Assembly: GCA_965644315.1 (NCBI GenBank)
Contig: CBFFRQ010000062.1
Location: forward strand, 1 to 64,000
Source of the DNA: Caecitellus pseudoparvulus
Taxonomy: Eukaryota > Protista > Bigyra: Bicosoecida
Length of the DNA stretch: 64,000 nt
Direction of reading: 5' to 3'
The stretch's first letter is position 1; the number at the start of each line of letters is the position of its first letter. The position numbers and the translations under genes are program-made. Under the pieces are notes generated by a model. The model searched no databases. It saw only the letters and a program-made list of their open reading frames with translations, and was not told the DNA's origin. Below, piece by piece: positions 30,301 through 39,474 of this stretch.

Positions 30301-32803
30301 AGCGCTTCATGGCTTTGCGGGAGTCGTGGATGGCGCGCTGGCGGGCCTTGGCCAGGGCTTGGCGCTCCATCTTGTTGCGGCGCAGCGCCTCCTGGCTCTC
30401 GTGGAACTTGGTCATGATGACAGCCAGGGTCAGGTTCAGCAAGATGAAGGAGCCGACGAGGACGAGCGGCATCCAGTACAGGAACGTCCACGGGTGGAAG
30501 GAGTCCTGCGTCTGGTACATCATGAACACCCAGCCTTCCAGGGTGATGGCCTGGAAAATCGCCACGAAGGACATGAGGATGTTGTCAAAGCTCGTCACGT
30601 CGTTGTTGGGGGCGTCCTCCAGCACGCCACAGAAGGCGTCAGGTGAACATGTGTGCATGCCGCCACACAGCCGGTCGTCATTGGGGTCCAGCTCGCCAGT
30701 GGAGACGAGGAAGCAGCGCTGGTGCATGACACCCACCCACAGCTCCAGCCCGATGATGCCAAAGACGATGAAGTAGAAGAAAATGATCAGCAGAGTGTTG
30801 CACAGGAGGGGGATGGAGTGCAGGAGGGAGTTCACGAGCACTTGCAGGCCTTGTAGGCGGTTGATGGTGCGCAGCGGACGCAGCGCTCTCACGGCTCGCA
30901 AGGCAGCGAAGCGCCCAATGCTCAAGATCTGCAGCTGCGTGGCCACGCTCTCCAAGACGATGAAGGCGTCCAGGACGTTCCACGCTGAGCGGAAGTAGCT
31001 GTGGCGGTCTGTGAGGTTCACGCCCCAGGCCACCATTTTCACCAGCATCTCCACGACGAAAAAAATGGTGAAGAACACGTCCGCTGACCGCAGCACGCCT
31101 GCCAGGCGGGAGTCGGGGTCGAGGCCCGGCTCATCCAGGGCAAGGAAGACGCAGTTGATGAGGATGACTGCCAGGACGATGCGGTCGAACCAGGGCCAGG
31201 CGACGAGTGCGCGAGAACTGGCGCGAATCCGCCGCGGCAACTCCAGCAAGAACTGCGACGACGACTGCACGCCATCTGGTCGGGACTCGAACTGGGCCAG
31301 AAAGCTGCTGGTGTCCTCCTCCCCTTCCCCTGCAGCGAGCAGCTCGAAGCGCTCCCGCTCCAGCGGCGACAGCTCCTTGGCCGGGTCAGACTCGCCGAAG
31401 GGGCGCACTTGCCCCGTCACGTGATTCACCGTCACCAGGGTGCCGCTCAGAGTGCGGGCCAGGACGATTTCCGGCAGGGTGGCCTCTTTCACCTGTTCCG
31501 CAGAGTGCAGGAGCTCCCCGAAGGTGGACGGCGTGACGGTGACACCATTCAGAAGGCGCACGGGCTGGGTGGGGTCCAGCGTGCCGCCTTCGGGGCTGCG
31601 GTTGAAACGCCGAGAGAAGTAGGTGGAGGCGGGTTTGGCCTGGCGCGCCCCGTCCCATGCCGAGTCACTGTCCAGGTCAGAGTCGGACAAGGAGGAGGAG
31701 GAGGAGGAGGAGGAGGATGACCGCCAGCCCTCGCCCCAGGGGGTGTCGTCTCCTCCGCCACCACCACCCTCCCCCCCGCCCTTCACAAGGTGTGACATGC
31801 CCAGCTGCTGCAGCGCCGCGTCGTCCAGGGAGAACTCCAGCAGCCCGCCGCCCTGTGCGCCAGCCACTGCGTCGGGGGGCGCCTCCTCCACCCACATGCC
31901 GGCTGGGCCCACGCCATAGGCTGGCCCCGGAGGCATGGCGGGAGCTGGCGGCATCTGCACAGCACTGGGGGGCTGGGTGGGGTAGGGTGCCGGCGGGCCT
32001 TGTGACAGGTCCATGCCGAGGGCGGGGGGCAGGGGCGGCAGCTGTGCCGCGCTCGCTGCGCCAGTCGCGTAGGGTGGCAAGGACGAGCCCACCTTCGGCG
32101 CAGCCTGACCCACGCCAGCACGAGCGCCAGCGTCCTCTTCGCTGGGGCCAGAGGCGTCAGACAGCGCCAAGGACTGGTCGTCATCCAGCGACGCAGCTCG
32201 AGAAGACAGCCCTGTCATCATGCTGGCAGCGGCCGTCTGACTGCGACGGTGGGTGCCGCCGTGTGACTGCCGTGAGCTTGCGGCGCTGGAGGCAGGACTG
32301 TCGCTTGGGCTGAGCGCGCCTGCCATGCCGCCGCCTGAGGCGGGTGAGCCTTCCGAGTGCTGCACGATTGATGACCTCATGTGTTGCCCCAGAAGGTGGC
32401 GACTCGTGACGCCCATGGCTGCCAGGACGCGTTCTGTGCGGAGGGAAGGAAGGGGGTGAGGTCGCCAGCGATGCAGCAACGCACGCACTCCTGCCGCTGG
32501 GCCGTACTCACGCTGCTCCGTCGAAATCCCCGCAGAGGGCACGTGAACTACTGACGCCCGCGACCCTCGCCGCCCCGCTGCACCTGCCGCCATGAGAACA
32601 GCAGGGGAAACGTTGCCGGCGCCTGGCTGGCCTGGGTACCCCAGCATGCCGCCGCCTTGCAGCATGTCTGCCGCCACCTGCATGGCCATGGCGTTCTGCT
32701 GGTGCCATGGGGTGCCCGTCACAGTCGCTGCCGCCCGGCGTGGCTTCCTTCGCTGCCGCGCACGCGCATGCGACTGGCTGCTGGAGCCAATGGTCTGCCA
32801 CAT
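21323..32803 (-). CDS. Four-domain voltage-gated Ca2+ channel alpha-1 subunit (EEEE filter)
   Basis: Four 6-TM repeats with Arg-periodic S4 segments. Pore loops TLEGW, AGEAW, SGEGW and TGEGW. III-IV linker FLTERQREW, EF-hand-like FRKAWARVD, C-terminal IQ motif SKIQTAWRERR. Likely ATG at 32803, downstream of the DIM1 stop; no introns needed. Confidence 0.93.
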   Translation of the reverse strand: MWQTIGSSSQSHARARQRRKPRRAAATVTGTPWHQQNAMAMQVAADMLQGGGMLGYPGQPGAGNVSPAVLMAAGAAGRRGSRASVVHVPSAGISTEQREYGPAAGVRALLHRWRPHPLPSLRTERVLAAMGVTSRHLLGQHMRSSIVQHSEGSPASGGGMAGALSPSDSPASSAASSRQSHGGTHRRSQTAAASMMTGLSSRAASLDDDQSLALSDASGPSEEDAGARAGVGQAAPKVGSSLPPYATGAASAAQLPPLPPALGMDLSQGPPAPYPTQPPSAVQMPPAPAMPPGPAYGVGPAGMWVEEAPPDAVAGAQGGGLLEFSLDDAALQQLGMSHLVKGGGEGGGGGGDDTPWGEGWRSSSSSSSSSSLSDSDLDSDSAWDGARQAKPASTYFSRRFNRSPEGGTLDPTQPVRLLNGVTVTPSTFGELLHSAEQVKEATLPEIVLARTLSGTLVTVNHVTGQVRPFGESDPAKELSPLERERFELLAAGEGEEDTSSFLAQFESRPDGVQSSSQFLLELPRRIRASSRALVAWPWFDRIVLAVILINCVFLALDEPGLDPDSRLAGVLRSADVFFTIFFVVEMLVKMVAWGVNLTDRHSYFRSAWNVLDAFIVLESVATQLQILSIGRFAALRAVRALRPLRTINRLQGLQVLVNSLLHSIPLLCNTLLIIFFYFIVFGIIGLELWVGVMHQRCFLVSTGELDPNDDRLCGGMHTCSPDAFCGVLEDAPNNDVTSFDNILMSFVAIFQAITLEGWVFMMYQTQDSFHPWTFLYWMPLVLVGSFILLNLTLAVIMTKFHESQEALRRNKMERQALAKARQRAIHDSRKAMKRSAHSKRGAAIARHLSTSTSNTDPRGAGGMQRAARTLQVARRMGRMHAHGTPVSTGSDRGTPSPASLRQPQGGLPTAHNPMAFSPPHAHMRGGAVTPPYGMLAVSGRGTPASYPHMQGSQASTGSVASHEASLRSRDGPSPAPAGDSKLGREPTLPTPSAGGLKGGMMRRRTSTAQPAPPTGAAALMGNRGRSRTQARAGAGDGPGSTRRPTHSSPAGVAPAAAALGLAPFTKPAPPSPGVGGIVGSPMPPHTAALSRTQSAAVMPRPGMGAARDAVPSAGRERSDTDASFSSRADAYRKQQEKKLLKARRQSLMGTAGRGLGGASAAFRGAAIDKRRRKSTWGTFAFESAAAAAEERLRKAKADKLKAADHRHHHGHHGHHGHHGHHGHHGHRMAGPGAEGAAREGGRRGGVTLGDLPPGPFRRLGALDEGGEDPVLPSSHRGGRVHASSRHARRDSTATAGSDDEVLGASSTERWGLADASKAEGMGAAGQGAGGKRRFVRHQSSKRLRRSSTLAMLQIHSGGAEEGEAPATAQLEQQGSRTPSGGSAHAGGTSKAASFQDRKALLAVASEAAAAAARRQAARGVAVPRTDSTHSARAGAGDAASSSSRSLTESDAGRESQEEGGPESTGPGLLAALCCGVGEDETLDGVDDWPQARARVARDTSIPMPSGRRVPACLQCCMGLARRLGVCGRNCLEPADPDGHVPAHVQRLRDHPAAPRYRKLTRWERELSSSAEERLRCTYLERMQDFLCPRDTRWQQWFNKHISAPVEHFTNTRLFILTIAFAIFCNTVALAVEHHNMPPALDRGLNAVNVFFTVLFLAEMLLKWVGLGLARYFEDRFNVFDACIVVVSLIELGLEGGSGEGGTFSAFRMARVFRVVRLARHWSSMKRIVLVVARSLESFGYLALLLLLFLFVYALLAMHLMGGIYNDMPLQDRPRSNFDTLHNSFITVFQILAGEAWNEVMYEVVGATASKWYILFFVSWTIIGNFVVLNLFLAVLLDGFSGNDMDTTKAEQEDIQQAAEELVEVTMRAKELRSAQAVSIKDKVLFPSAIRERISARRRMNKLKKNILFGQTPKLQDASAGPVATDTSSPREPTRSLRTVRSMAGGLVSPLQRQKSARAFGALRGFLAKASPAELKAVAEKASEAAEADDATANRETPTKPLRAISALKRFLLSSTPQEREAVAAGLPGAEDGGQQPAQASPTQTQRLPPLAESPASENTSRTSGSLSTSPGGQSASSARRRASLGLGTLVDERLLGSSASADGSSSSDTSRGGPEDRATPVKRPLAAPAQSTVPGLSSVLVEGREASGTAFVRNRASLLRQLPASAGKRLSVFSGGLDDSFTSAHARAAGSTAHKAPPLVQQQDPGAVFNGAQSFLHAAVPSRHCHQAASASSASRRHKQQAIAAAEASATRTSGIKRCSSAPCLTSRQWEGLADWSAAMEVAAAEASGPRADASAVTLSPPARPAVLSKVDSQTSKGTAERLRALSSSSRSGVGGGGVTGGAFSLRGPKASPNLSTPEAAPDVASPVDFTANPLAASATGPPRASIFGPAPRAMLQRLRENSADKPSEAGVPSSAATLSNAALSPPAPRSIDRQKVKGLLGAIKVVKRTALTRTSKQGADGKAKLKLVKSPTKTGTVSLSKLKLSLAPRPPPPRPAQRPTPPAAPPARGGEGLGTFHRVDTAEMRQPAPSSTVDALSATGDGKKVPPPPPKRPPPSPGKFSTPPGTSQRSSRPLRPSLSAPREGVHSSQDRRRVSFAVAPPPSTQPAAPTLFVDTRPASEAHKAPALTSAPATTDRGFSPSPLAQDTVYTSAGDTPVGQTGCSVQQHAGAAQPNAGEPRASPVQAEVPRATNTAAAQRKRAFTVGGGTGVSDGAMLGTRGRRHFSITSGEAAAMAPSEPKLMQRHCWCFSPTGATQRRVAHFIDPNTHLATIEIPPVCGLSRIEQPITFDGIILILIVLSSVLLAVEEPGIRPESTKANVLRWFELVFTCIFVVEIVLKCIAHGFVGTPNAYVKDAWNLIDLASVSASVVGLSISGVDISYVRVLRLLRCLRPLRLISRNQGMKVVVEALIRSINAILNVTGVLLLVWFLFGVLGVQLFAGKLQHCNDPDFPGYISFEGIPGDTAGSWVVEPCSAGFFFTNDDGELVERRVLTPDANFDNIFNAMLTLFVTSSGEGWPGVLYAVSDTTSVGHQPARNASPANAYYFVMFIFIGSFFLLNLFVGVIFENFLATKNNMAGFGFLTERQREWVETQRLLQRATPLSKLKPASSRCGAMLFSFASSVTLAYFVNFAIMLNIVVLASKYWRQGEEWSQVLEVANIVFSGIFALEVIVKVLGFGFKKYWENSWNRFDAAVSFVGVLDSLVVPGQGEAAAWAQRTFSIIRVLRGVRLFRTFSGLRTIMSTILMALPSLANVGSLLLLIFFIYAVAGMTVFGEVELQENLSVHANFSNFGLALSTLFRCATGEGWEGIMFDSMNVDAGGSPAAPAFFISFTLVVSFVMLNLFSMIIIEDFSQQDRQARGLTADHIRQFRKAWARVDRTGHKWIPVAKVEVLLRTLPRPMGLPKGATFAEYLSYAQRLAITSYNGKVHFRDLLLALHRVTYGIAIPAEVLEKMETAPAKIQARIEGKLRAEMDNEATRVASAVKDGANRFIELLASRTAARRAKRKSVHDPLRALALGAHSPASAASSGDSKVAPSLGEAGSAAQAGEAETKETGGDHSTAAAAQPAALPGMPSGALSGDGKLSPSQRLGRLRELLGGGGGGGGATPKMLGVVNSAVSTRRMIQAAALGMEGGGDGENSDSSSGEAAPKAAAGAAKAPGPESAGDPLRSRRFTSKNLAAALSGSTEPARMATLSTVLQAAAGVSSRHLVSDPPEASAGGPRPLSGRTPVAAARQRLGRIQEDSDGAGVEQGSMGLSLPDTEELSGAGWSILRPRGAATNKRLRSLSVTKANFELELTASKIQTAWRERRERWKRRRRTWQHGLR
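29125..29192 (-). repeat. 9-bp coding repeat giving an (HHG)n His-rich tract in the channel I-II linker
   Basis: GG(A/G)CACCA(C/T) units encode DHRHHHGHHGHHGHHGHHGHR. Confidence 0.9.
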
Positions 32804-33054
32804 GCTGCTGTGTGTGTGAGGCGAGTGCCCGGGCAAGCCGGTCTGCACGGCACCTCCCCTCCAGCGCGACGAAAGTGCATTGCGGTCGCACCCCGGGGAC
32901 ATGCCGGGGCTGGCAGTGTTTCTGTGGGAGCCCGGATTCTGCCACGCGGTCGGGAGTGCGAGCCGGCTGACGGCAGGGCACGTCCTGCCTCGCCGCCCAG
33001 TGCACAAGTGCACTCGCCGGCCACTGACGCAGGGAGGGCGCATGAGGGGGGATT

Positions 33055-34297
<1,243 letters not shown>

Positions 34298-34667
34298 TCA
34301 CAGCCTCCCTTGTTGTCAGACGGTGTTGTGTGCTTGTGCAGCCTTGCAAGCCTGGTCAGCGGTGTGCATGCACAGGATGGTCGGGGCTGTGAAACGGTGG
34401 TGGGCTAGGGGTCACTTGGCAGCAGAATGTGCAAAGAGGCGACGAGTGTATTGTACAATTGTATGGTCGTCAAGAGAGCCATGCAGCCTGCAAATTTGGT
34501 CCAGTGGGATAAAGGCGACGTGCCAAAACTGCCACTGAGCCAAAACCAAATCGTGCCACAACCACCTGCGCTCAATCAAGAAAGCAAAAACAACACCTCC
34601 ACACGACTCTCGTCAGGAACGTCTACTTGAAGCTCCGTCTGCTCACCAGACCTCCTCGCTCAGCGCC

Positions 34668-36461
34668 ATGTTCGAGGGTGCAGGGCTGCTGCTTGGCGCA
34701 GCAGGTTGGTCAGCTGATTTGCGGCGGTGCCTCAGCTGAAGGCTCTGCACGCCGCGCTGCCGCCGTGCACAGGAGGAATCATCCTAGGAATCTCCACAAC
34801 ACTATGGCTGCATACTTCTGGTCAAGTGACTGGCATCAGCGGCTTCGTGCGGGGCCTGATTGACCCAGCACGGCTGGCCAAAGGCGGCGCAGAATTCAAG
34901 GGAGCTTGGGTGACTGCATTCATGGCAGTAGCTGCGTTCCTGTCCCTGGCGGAGCCTTCCTGGGTGGGGGTTGGGGACCGCCCGGACGCTACTGCTGCTG
35001 GGTACATCATTGGCGGGTTCCTTGTCGGCCTGGGCACGAGCATGTCCAACGGGTGCACCTCGGTGAGTGTGTGTGGCAGAGACTGCGGAACTTGTGCTGC
35101 CAACTGCCTCGGTCACATTGCGTGCACTGGGACGATGCTGAGCGGCAGTTCGAGCTGTGTGAACACTCAAGTGCATTATGTCGTTACTGCGTGCCCTCTT
35201 CATGCCGGGTGTGAGCCGTCGTCCCCGGTCAGCTGAGTCAACAGCTGACTGCCTTGCGTCACTGCTTCGCCTCCGCTCCACCGCACAGGGCCACGGCATC
35301 TGCGGCCTGGCACGCTTCAGCCTTCGCTCCGTCACCGCCGTCATGAGTTTCATGCTCGCTGCCATGCTCACGGCAACTGCCCTGGAAGTCAACCGCCCCG
35401 CCTTCCTCGTTGACGTGCCCACGTCTGTGCCAGGGCTGCAGCGCATGGCCGACGTGCCAAACTCCAACACGCCCCTGTTCGCCCTCATCTTCGGCTGCAT
35501 CGCGGCTGTGATTGCCATCGCGCTCATCATCTACATGTGGGTGGCTGATTCTCGGCATGAAGGCATCCACACTGCGCTTGCTGCAGCTGCTGGCGCCGTG
35601 TTTTCCGCCGGCATGGGCGTGGGCGGCATGCTGAACCGCGGGATCATCGTGTCCTTCCTCGCCCTGGCCCCGGGCTGGAACGTGCGCCTGGCCTTCGTCA
35701 TGGGTGGCGGTGTGACCGTGGCTGTGGGGGCCTTCTACTGGGTCAAGGTGCGGCACTCGCAGCTGCTGGCGTCAGTTGGCGAGGCGTGCCCCGCCACCTC
35801 CGCCGGCGAAGACATGACGCCTGACGAGAAGGAAGCCCTCACCTTCCTCCGCCGCAAGTACCAAGTGCCCACCAACACCCTCGTGAACTTCCAGCTCGTC
35901 TTCGGCGCAGTCGTGTTCGGGGTGGGGTGGGGCATTTCTGGCCTCTGCCCTGGCCCCGCTCTTGGCCTCATGTCCGCAGGCGTGGCCAGGGCGTGGCTGT
36001 GGCTGCCTGGCTTTGCCCTGGGCAGCTGGGCGTGGGCGTGGCTGGAGCATGCCCTGGCGCAGGCGGGGCACCGTGCAGGGGCAGGGGCCCCCGCCCCAGC
36101 AGCAGCGTCCCCTCCGCCTGCTTCGCCGGAGCGCCCCAGCGTTGCCACCGCACGAGCTGTGCTGCAAACGGCAGCTGCCGCCGTGAAGGACACACAGGAC
36201 GTGGAGACAGGCAACACGGCAGGGTTGCTGGCGCACGCGCAGCCTGCCTGCGGCCCCGCCAGCATGGACGCTCTCCGTGCTGCGTTGCCTGAAGACGTGC
36301 ACCCTGTGCTGTGTGCTGCGCTGCTGGCTGCAGCAGAGGAGGTGCAGGAGGAGGGCACGCCATCGCCAAGGCCGCGCTCTGCGTCTCCTCGTGTGTCCCC
36401 GGAGCTGGGTGCTGCCGAAGTGGCGCCAGAGGGCGCCATTGACGCCGTGTCACGGGTGTAG
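34668..36461 (+). CDS. YeeE/YedE-family sulfur-compound (thiosulfate) transporter, two halves fused
   Basis: GQVTGISG, GGFLVGLGT..SNGCTSGHGICG, LAFVMGGG, FGVGWGISGLCPGP. Exons 34668-34704, 34773-35062 and 35289-36461. Confidence 0.92.
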
Positions 36462-36642
36462 CCTCCGCACAGCCGCTGGCCCCTGTGCTCGCCAGCTCAC
36501 GCAGTTGGCGCAAAAGCAGTACTGCCTCATTTTCTGCCGCATAGATTATCCTCCCATTGAGGCCCGAATACATGCATGTCCCTTCCAGCCCTCGTGCAAG
36601 GGTCCTTCGCTGGCTGCTGCGCATCAACTTCCGCACTGCGAC

Positions 36643-37719
36643 ATGCTTCGGACGACGGTAGCTGCAGCCAGGCGGTCAGCCTGCGCACTTGCAGAGATGC
36701 AGCACGTGCATGCACCCCAACCCAGTGCTTGGCCAGTCCGCAGTGCCTCGTCAGTGCCCAAGGCGACGAAAGACCTGCTGCAAGCGAACGGGCGTGGTGC
36801 ACTGCAGTTTGTGCCTGCAGCAAGCCAGGCACCTGCGTCCCAGGGCGGCGGCTTGGCCATCCTGCTAGGGTGGATGGGGTCCAAACACAAGCAGCTGCGC
36901 AAGTACGCGGAGCTGTACACGCAGCGGGGCTATGACGTGCTCACAGTGACGCCGCGCCCCCAACATGTCATGGTGCCTTCGTCCACCTGGCACCTGGTCA
37001 GCGCCGTCGCCCGCAGCGCCAACACACTGGCCCCTGACAGCCCCGTGGTGACCCAGGGCTTCTCTGTCGGCGGCTTCCTCTTTGCCAGCATGCTGCAGGT
37101 GTCTGCAGCTACCCGTGGCTCGTACGCTGGTGTGGACGGCGGCGCGTACGCTGCAGCCGCCGAAGCCGGCACACGCGTGACAGCGCTGCAGCCCGGCGCC
37201 CCGCCGCCCTTCACAGCGGCCACCTGCGCCACAGCTGTGCGCACGGACAACACCGAGGTGGCCCAGCTCCTGCGCCGCACCGTCGGCTTCGTGGCGGACT
37301 CCCCCGTGGACTACTTCGGAGTGCCCAAGGGCCTCGCCTTCGCCGTGGCCGGGCAAGTGCTACCGCATGCCCAGCCCTCCCTGGCCTGGGGCATCTCCTC
37401 TGCCCTCGCAGCCTTCCCCGGCATCCAGCGCTTCCACCTGGCCGCCAGCCACAGGTACTTGTACGACCCCCTGGGGTGTCCCGCCGCCACGCTGTACTCG
37501 CTGGCGGACCACGTGGCAGACCCGCAGCCCATCCTGGATGTGCACGCGCTGTGGCAGAAGGCGGGTGTGCAGTCGGCACTGCACATCTTTGAAGACACGC
37601 GCCACATCCTGCACATGCGCCAGCACCCCAAGCAGTACCAGGCAGCAGTGCATGCGTTGCTGGACGAGGCAGAGGGCTACGCTGCGGCACAGGGTCAGCT
37701 GGCGGAGCCTGGCCAGTGA
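36643..37719 (+). CDS. TMEM53/DUF829-family alpha/beta-hydrolase-fold protein
   Basis: LLGWMGS..KQLRKYAELY, GFSVGG, DSP, LYSLADH, FEDTRHILH. N-terminus MLRTTVAAARRS is presequence-like. Confidence 0.88.
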   Translation: MLRTTVAAARRSACALAEMQHVHAPQPSAWPVRSASSVPKATKDLLQANGRGALQFVPAASQAPASQGGGLAILLGWMGSKHKQLRKYAELYTQRGYDVLTVTPRPQHVMVPSSTWHLVSAVARSANTLAPDSPVVTQGFSVGGFLFASMLQVSAATRGSYAGVDGGAYAAAAEAGTRVTALQPGAPPPFTAATCATAVRTDNTEVAQLLRRTVGFVADSPVDYFGVPKGLAFAVAGQVLPHAQPSLAWGISSALAAFPGIQRFHLAASHRYLYDPLGCPAATLYSLADHVADPQPILDVHALWQKAGVQSALHIFEDTRHILHMRQHPKQYQAAVHALLDEAEGYAAAQGQLAEPGQ

Positions 37720-37747
37720 GGGCTGACGGGCGGCGGGGGCAGTCTGC

Positions 37748-37755
37748 AATGCATT
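37748..37755. terminator. AATGCATT palindrome between convergent stops (candidate 3'-end/poly(A) signal)
   Basis: Lies in the 53-bp gap between the TMEM53-like (+) and ACBP (-) stop codons; extends to CAATGCATTG. Confidence 0.5.
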
Positions 37756-37772
37756 GTGTGGCGGCAGGGGCC

Positions 37773-39101
37773 TCAGGCGGACGCGTTGCCGGGCCCGACG
37801 AGGGCTGACAGCAGGAAGCCCTCCAGGTGCTGCCGCAGCCCCACTGCCGCTGCGACGAGGAGCAGGAGCAGGATGACGACACTGCTGCCTGAGGCGGGCA
37901 GGGGGCCGCCCAGCACGGCTTGCACACGCGCCGCTCCAGCTGTGACGGCAGCAGCAGGTGCCTCCGCGCCCACGCCTCGCAGTGCCTTGGCCAGCAGTTT
38001 GCTTAGCATGCCGACAAAGGCATTCAGTGGCGCCAGAGCCTTGGGCAGGAGGGTGTGCAGCTGGGCGCGCTTGCCGAGGTGCAGGAGGGGCGCGATGAGA
38101 GATCGCACGATGGCCACCACCCTGCGCCACACTGCTGACAGGGCGGCCATCAGCTGGTTCATGGACGTGGGCAGGCCGCCGCTTGCCATGGTCTGTGCGG
38201 CGGTGGTGGCTGCGGTGGTGGCTGCCACACGAGCCGCCTGGTCCGAGGCGGAAGCCAGGAGGCTGCTCACAGTCACGGCGGCAGCGCCGTGTCTGGTGGC
38301 AGAGGGCGGCATGGGGTCCTCACTGGGTAGCTTGCTGGGCGGCGGGGGCGGCGTGGCGGTGGCACCGGCCCCTACCGCGGCGTGGGGAGCAGGTGGCTGA
38401 GGCTGGGGGGGGGCAGCTGCAAGGGTGGGGGAGGGCGACCCCACCACCACCGTCCCACTGGGCTTGTTGGCCTTGGAGGCACTCTCCAGGCGGCTGAACT
38501 GCTCCTCCAGCGCCTGCACCGCGCTGAGGTTCTGCTGCACCTGGCGCTTGAGACGTCCCATGCCTGCGGACATGGACCCCGCACGCGCAGAGGCTGCAGT
38601 GAGGGCAGTGGAGGCCCGGGCAGGCGCAGTGGCCGGGGGTGTGCTGGGGGCACCGCGGGAGGGTGGTTGAGGAGGGGGTGGCGTTGCCACGGGTGTGGAG
38701 GACGGCGACCCTGCTGCATCGGCTGGAGGAGTGCCGAGGGAGGGGGGGCGTGGGGTGGGGCACACGGAGGGTGGCGCCCCTGTGAAGCCGCTCCACTGCC
38801 GCCACTCGGGCCAGCCGTCGGTCAGGCCCGCGACATATGCGGCCGCTGCTTCGTCGGCTGTCATGCCAGCCCGCTCCCGCCAGGCACTCCACTTGTACTT
38901 GGCAGCCATGCCTTCGAAGAAGCCCGGCTGTGCGTCTGAGCAGTCGCCCAGAGTGACCTGCTTGTACAGCCCGTAGAACTGCAGCTTCTGCTCCACAGAG
39001 GGGGAAAAGGCGCCGGAGTAGTGCCGCACCAAGTGCACTGCCGCAGCGAGGTCTTGCCGCAGCGCCTCATCTTGCACGCGAGCGAAGGGCCCATCCGCCA
39101 T
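37773..39101 (-). CDS. Acyl-CoA-binding domain protein with coiled coil and C-terminal membrane anchor (ACBD4/5-like architecture)
   Basis: EQKLQFYGLYKQVTLGDC...PGFFE..AKYKWSAW; hydrophobic tail VVILLLLLVAAAVGL. Confidence 0.9.
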   Translation of the reverse strand: MADGPFARVQDEALRQDLAAAVHLVRHYSGAFSPSVEQKLQFYGLYKQVTLGDCSDAQPGFFEGMAAKYKWSAWRERAGMTADEAAAAYVAGLTDGWPEWRQWSGFTGAPPSVCPTPRPPSLGTPPADAAGSPSSTPVATPPPPQPPSRGAPSTPPATAPARASTALTAASARAGSMSAGMGRLKRQVQQNLSAVQALEEQFSRLESASKANKPSGTVVVGSPSPTLAAAPPQPQPPAPHAAVGAGATATPPPPPSKLPSEDPMPPSATRHGAAAVTVSSLLASASDQAARVAATTAATTAAQTMASGGLPTSMNQLMAALSAVWRRVVAIVRSLIAPLLHLGKRAQLHTLLPKALAPLNAFVGMLSKLLAKALRGVGAEAPAAAVTAGAARVQAVLGGPLPASGSSVVILLLLLVAAAVGLRQHLEGFLLSALVGPGNASA

Positions 39102-39474
39102 GGTGGTCGGGTGGCGAACGCGCAGGCAACTGCTGGGCCCTCGTGCGCCTCCCTGGCCTCGCAACAATTCCCCTGTCCAGCCCTAGCTCCGACGCAGTCC
39201 AACGGCGCTGTGCTGCCTGGCACTGCACGCGGCAACACAGGGTCAAGAATGTGCAGACGCAGTGGGGGGTGCAGTGCAGTCGGAAATTTAAAGGGCACGC
39301 CACAAATCACACCGTCCTCCACCTCCGCAAGGCCTCCAGCCTTGCCCGCCCCACATCGCAGGCCTGACCACCCGTGCAAGGGGGGAACGTGAACAAGGCG
39401 CGCTGCGTGCCACCCCCTCGCTGTCCACTGCACGCCACCAGCGGCAGCACTGCGCACACGGCAGCTGCAGGGGC

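Noticed and set aside
31690-31720. (GGA)n microsatellite
   Set aside because: Ordinary poly-Ser coding tract in the channel's low-complexity N-terminus.
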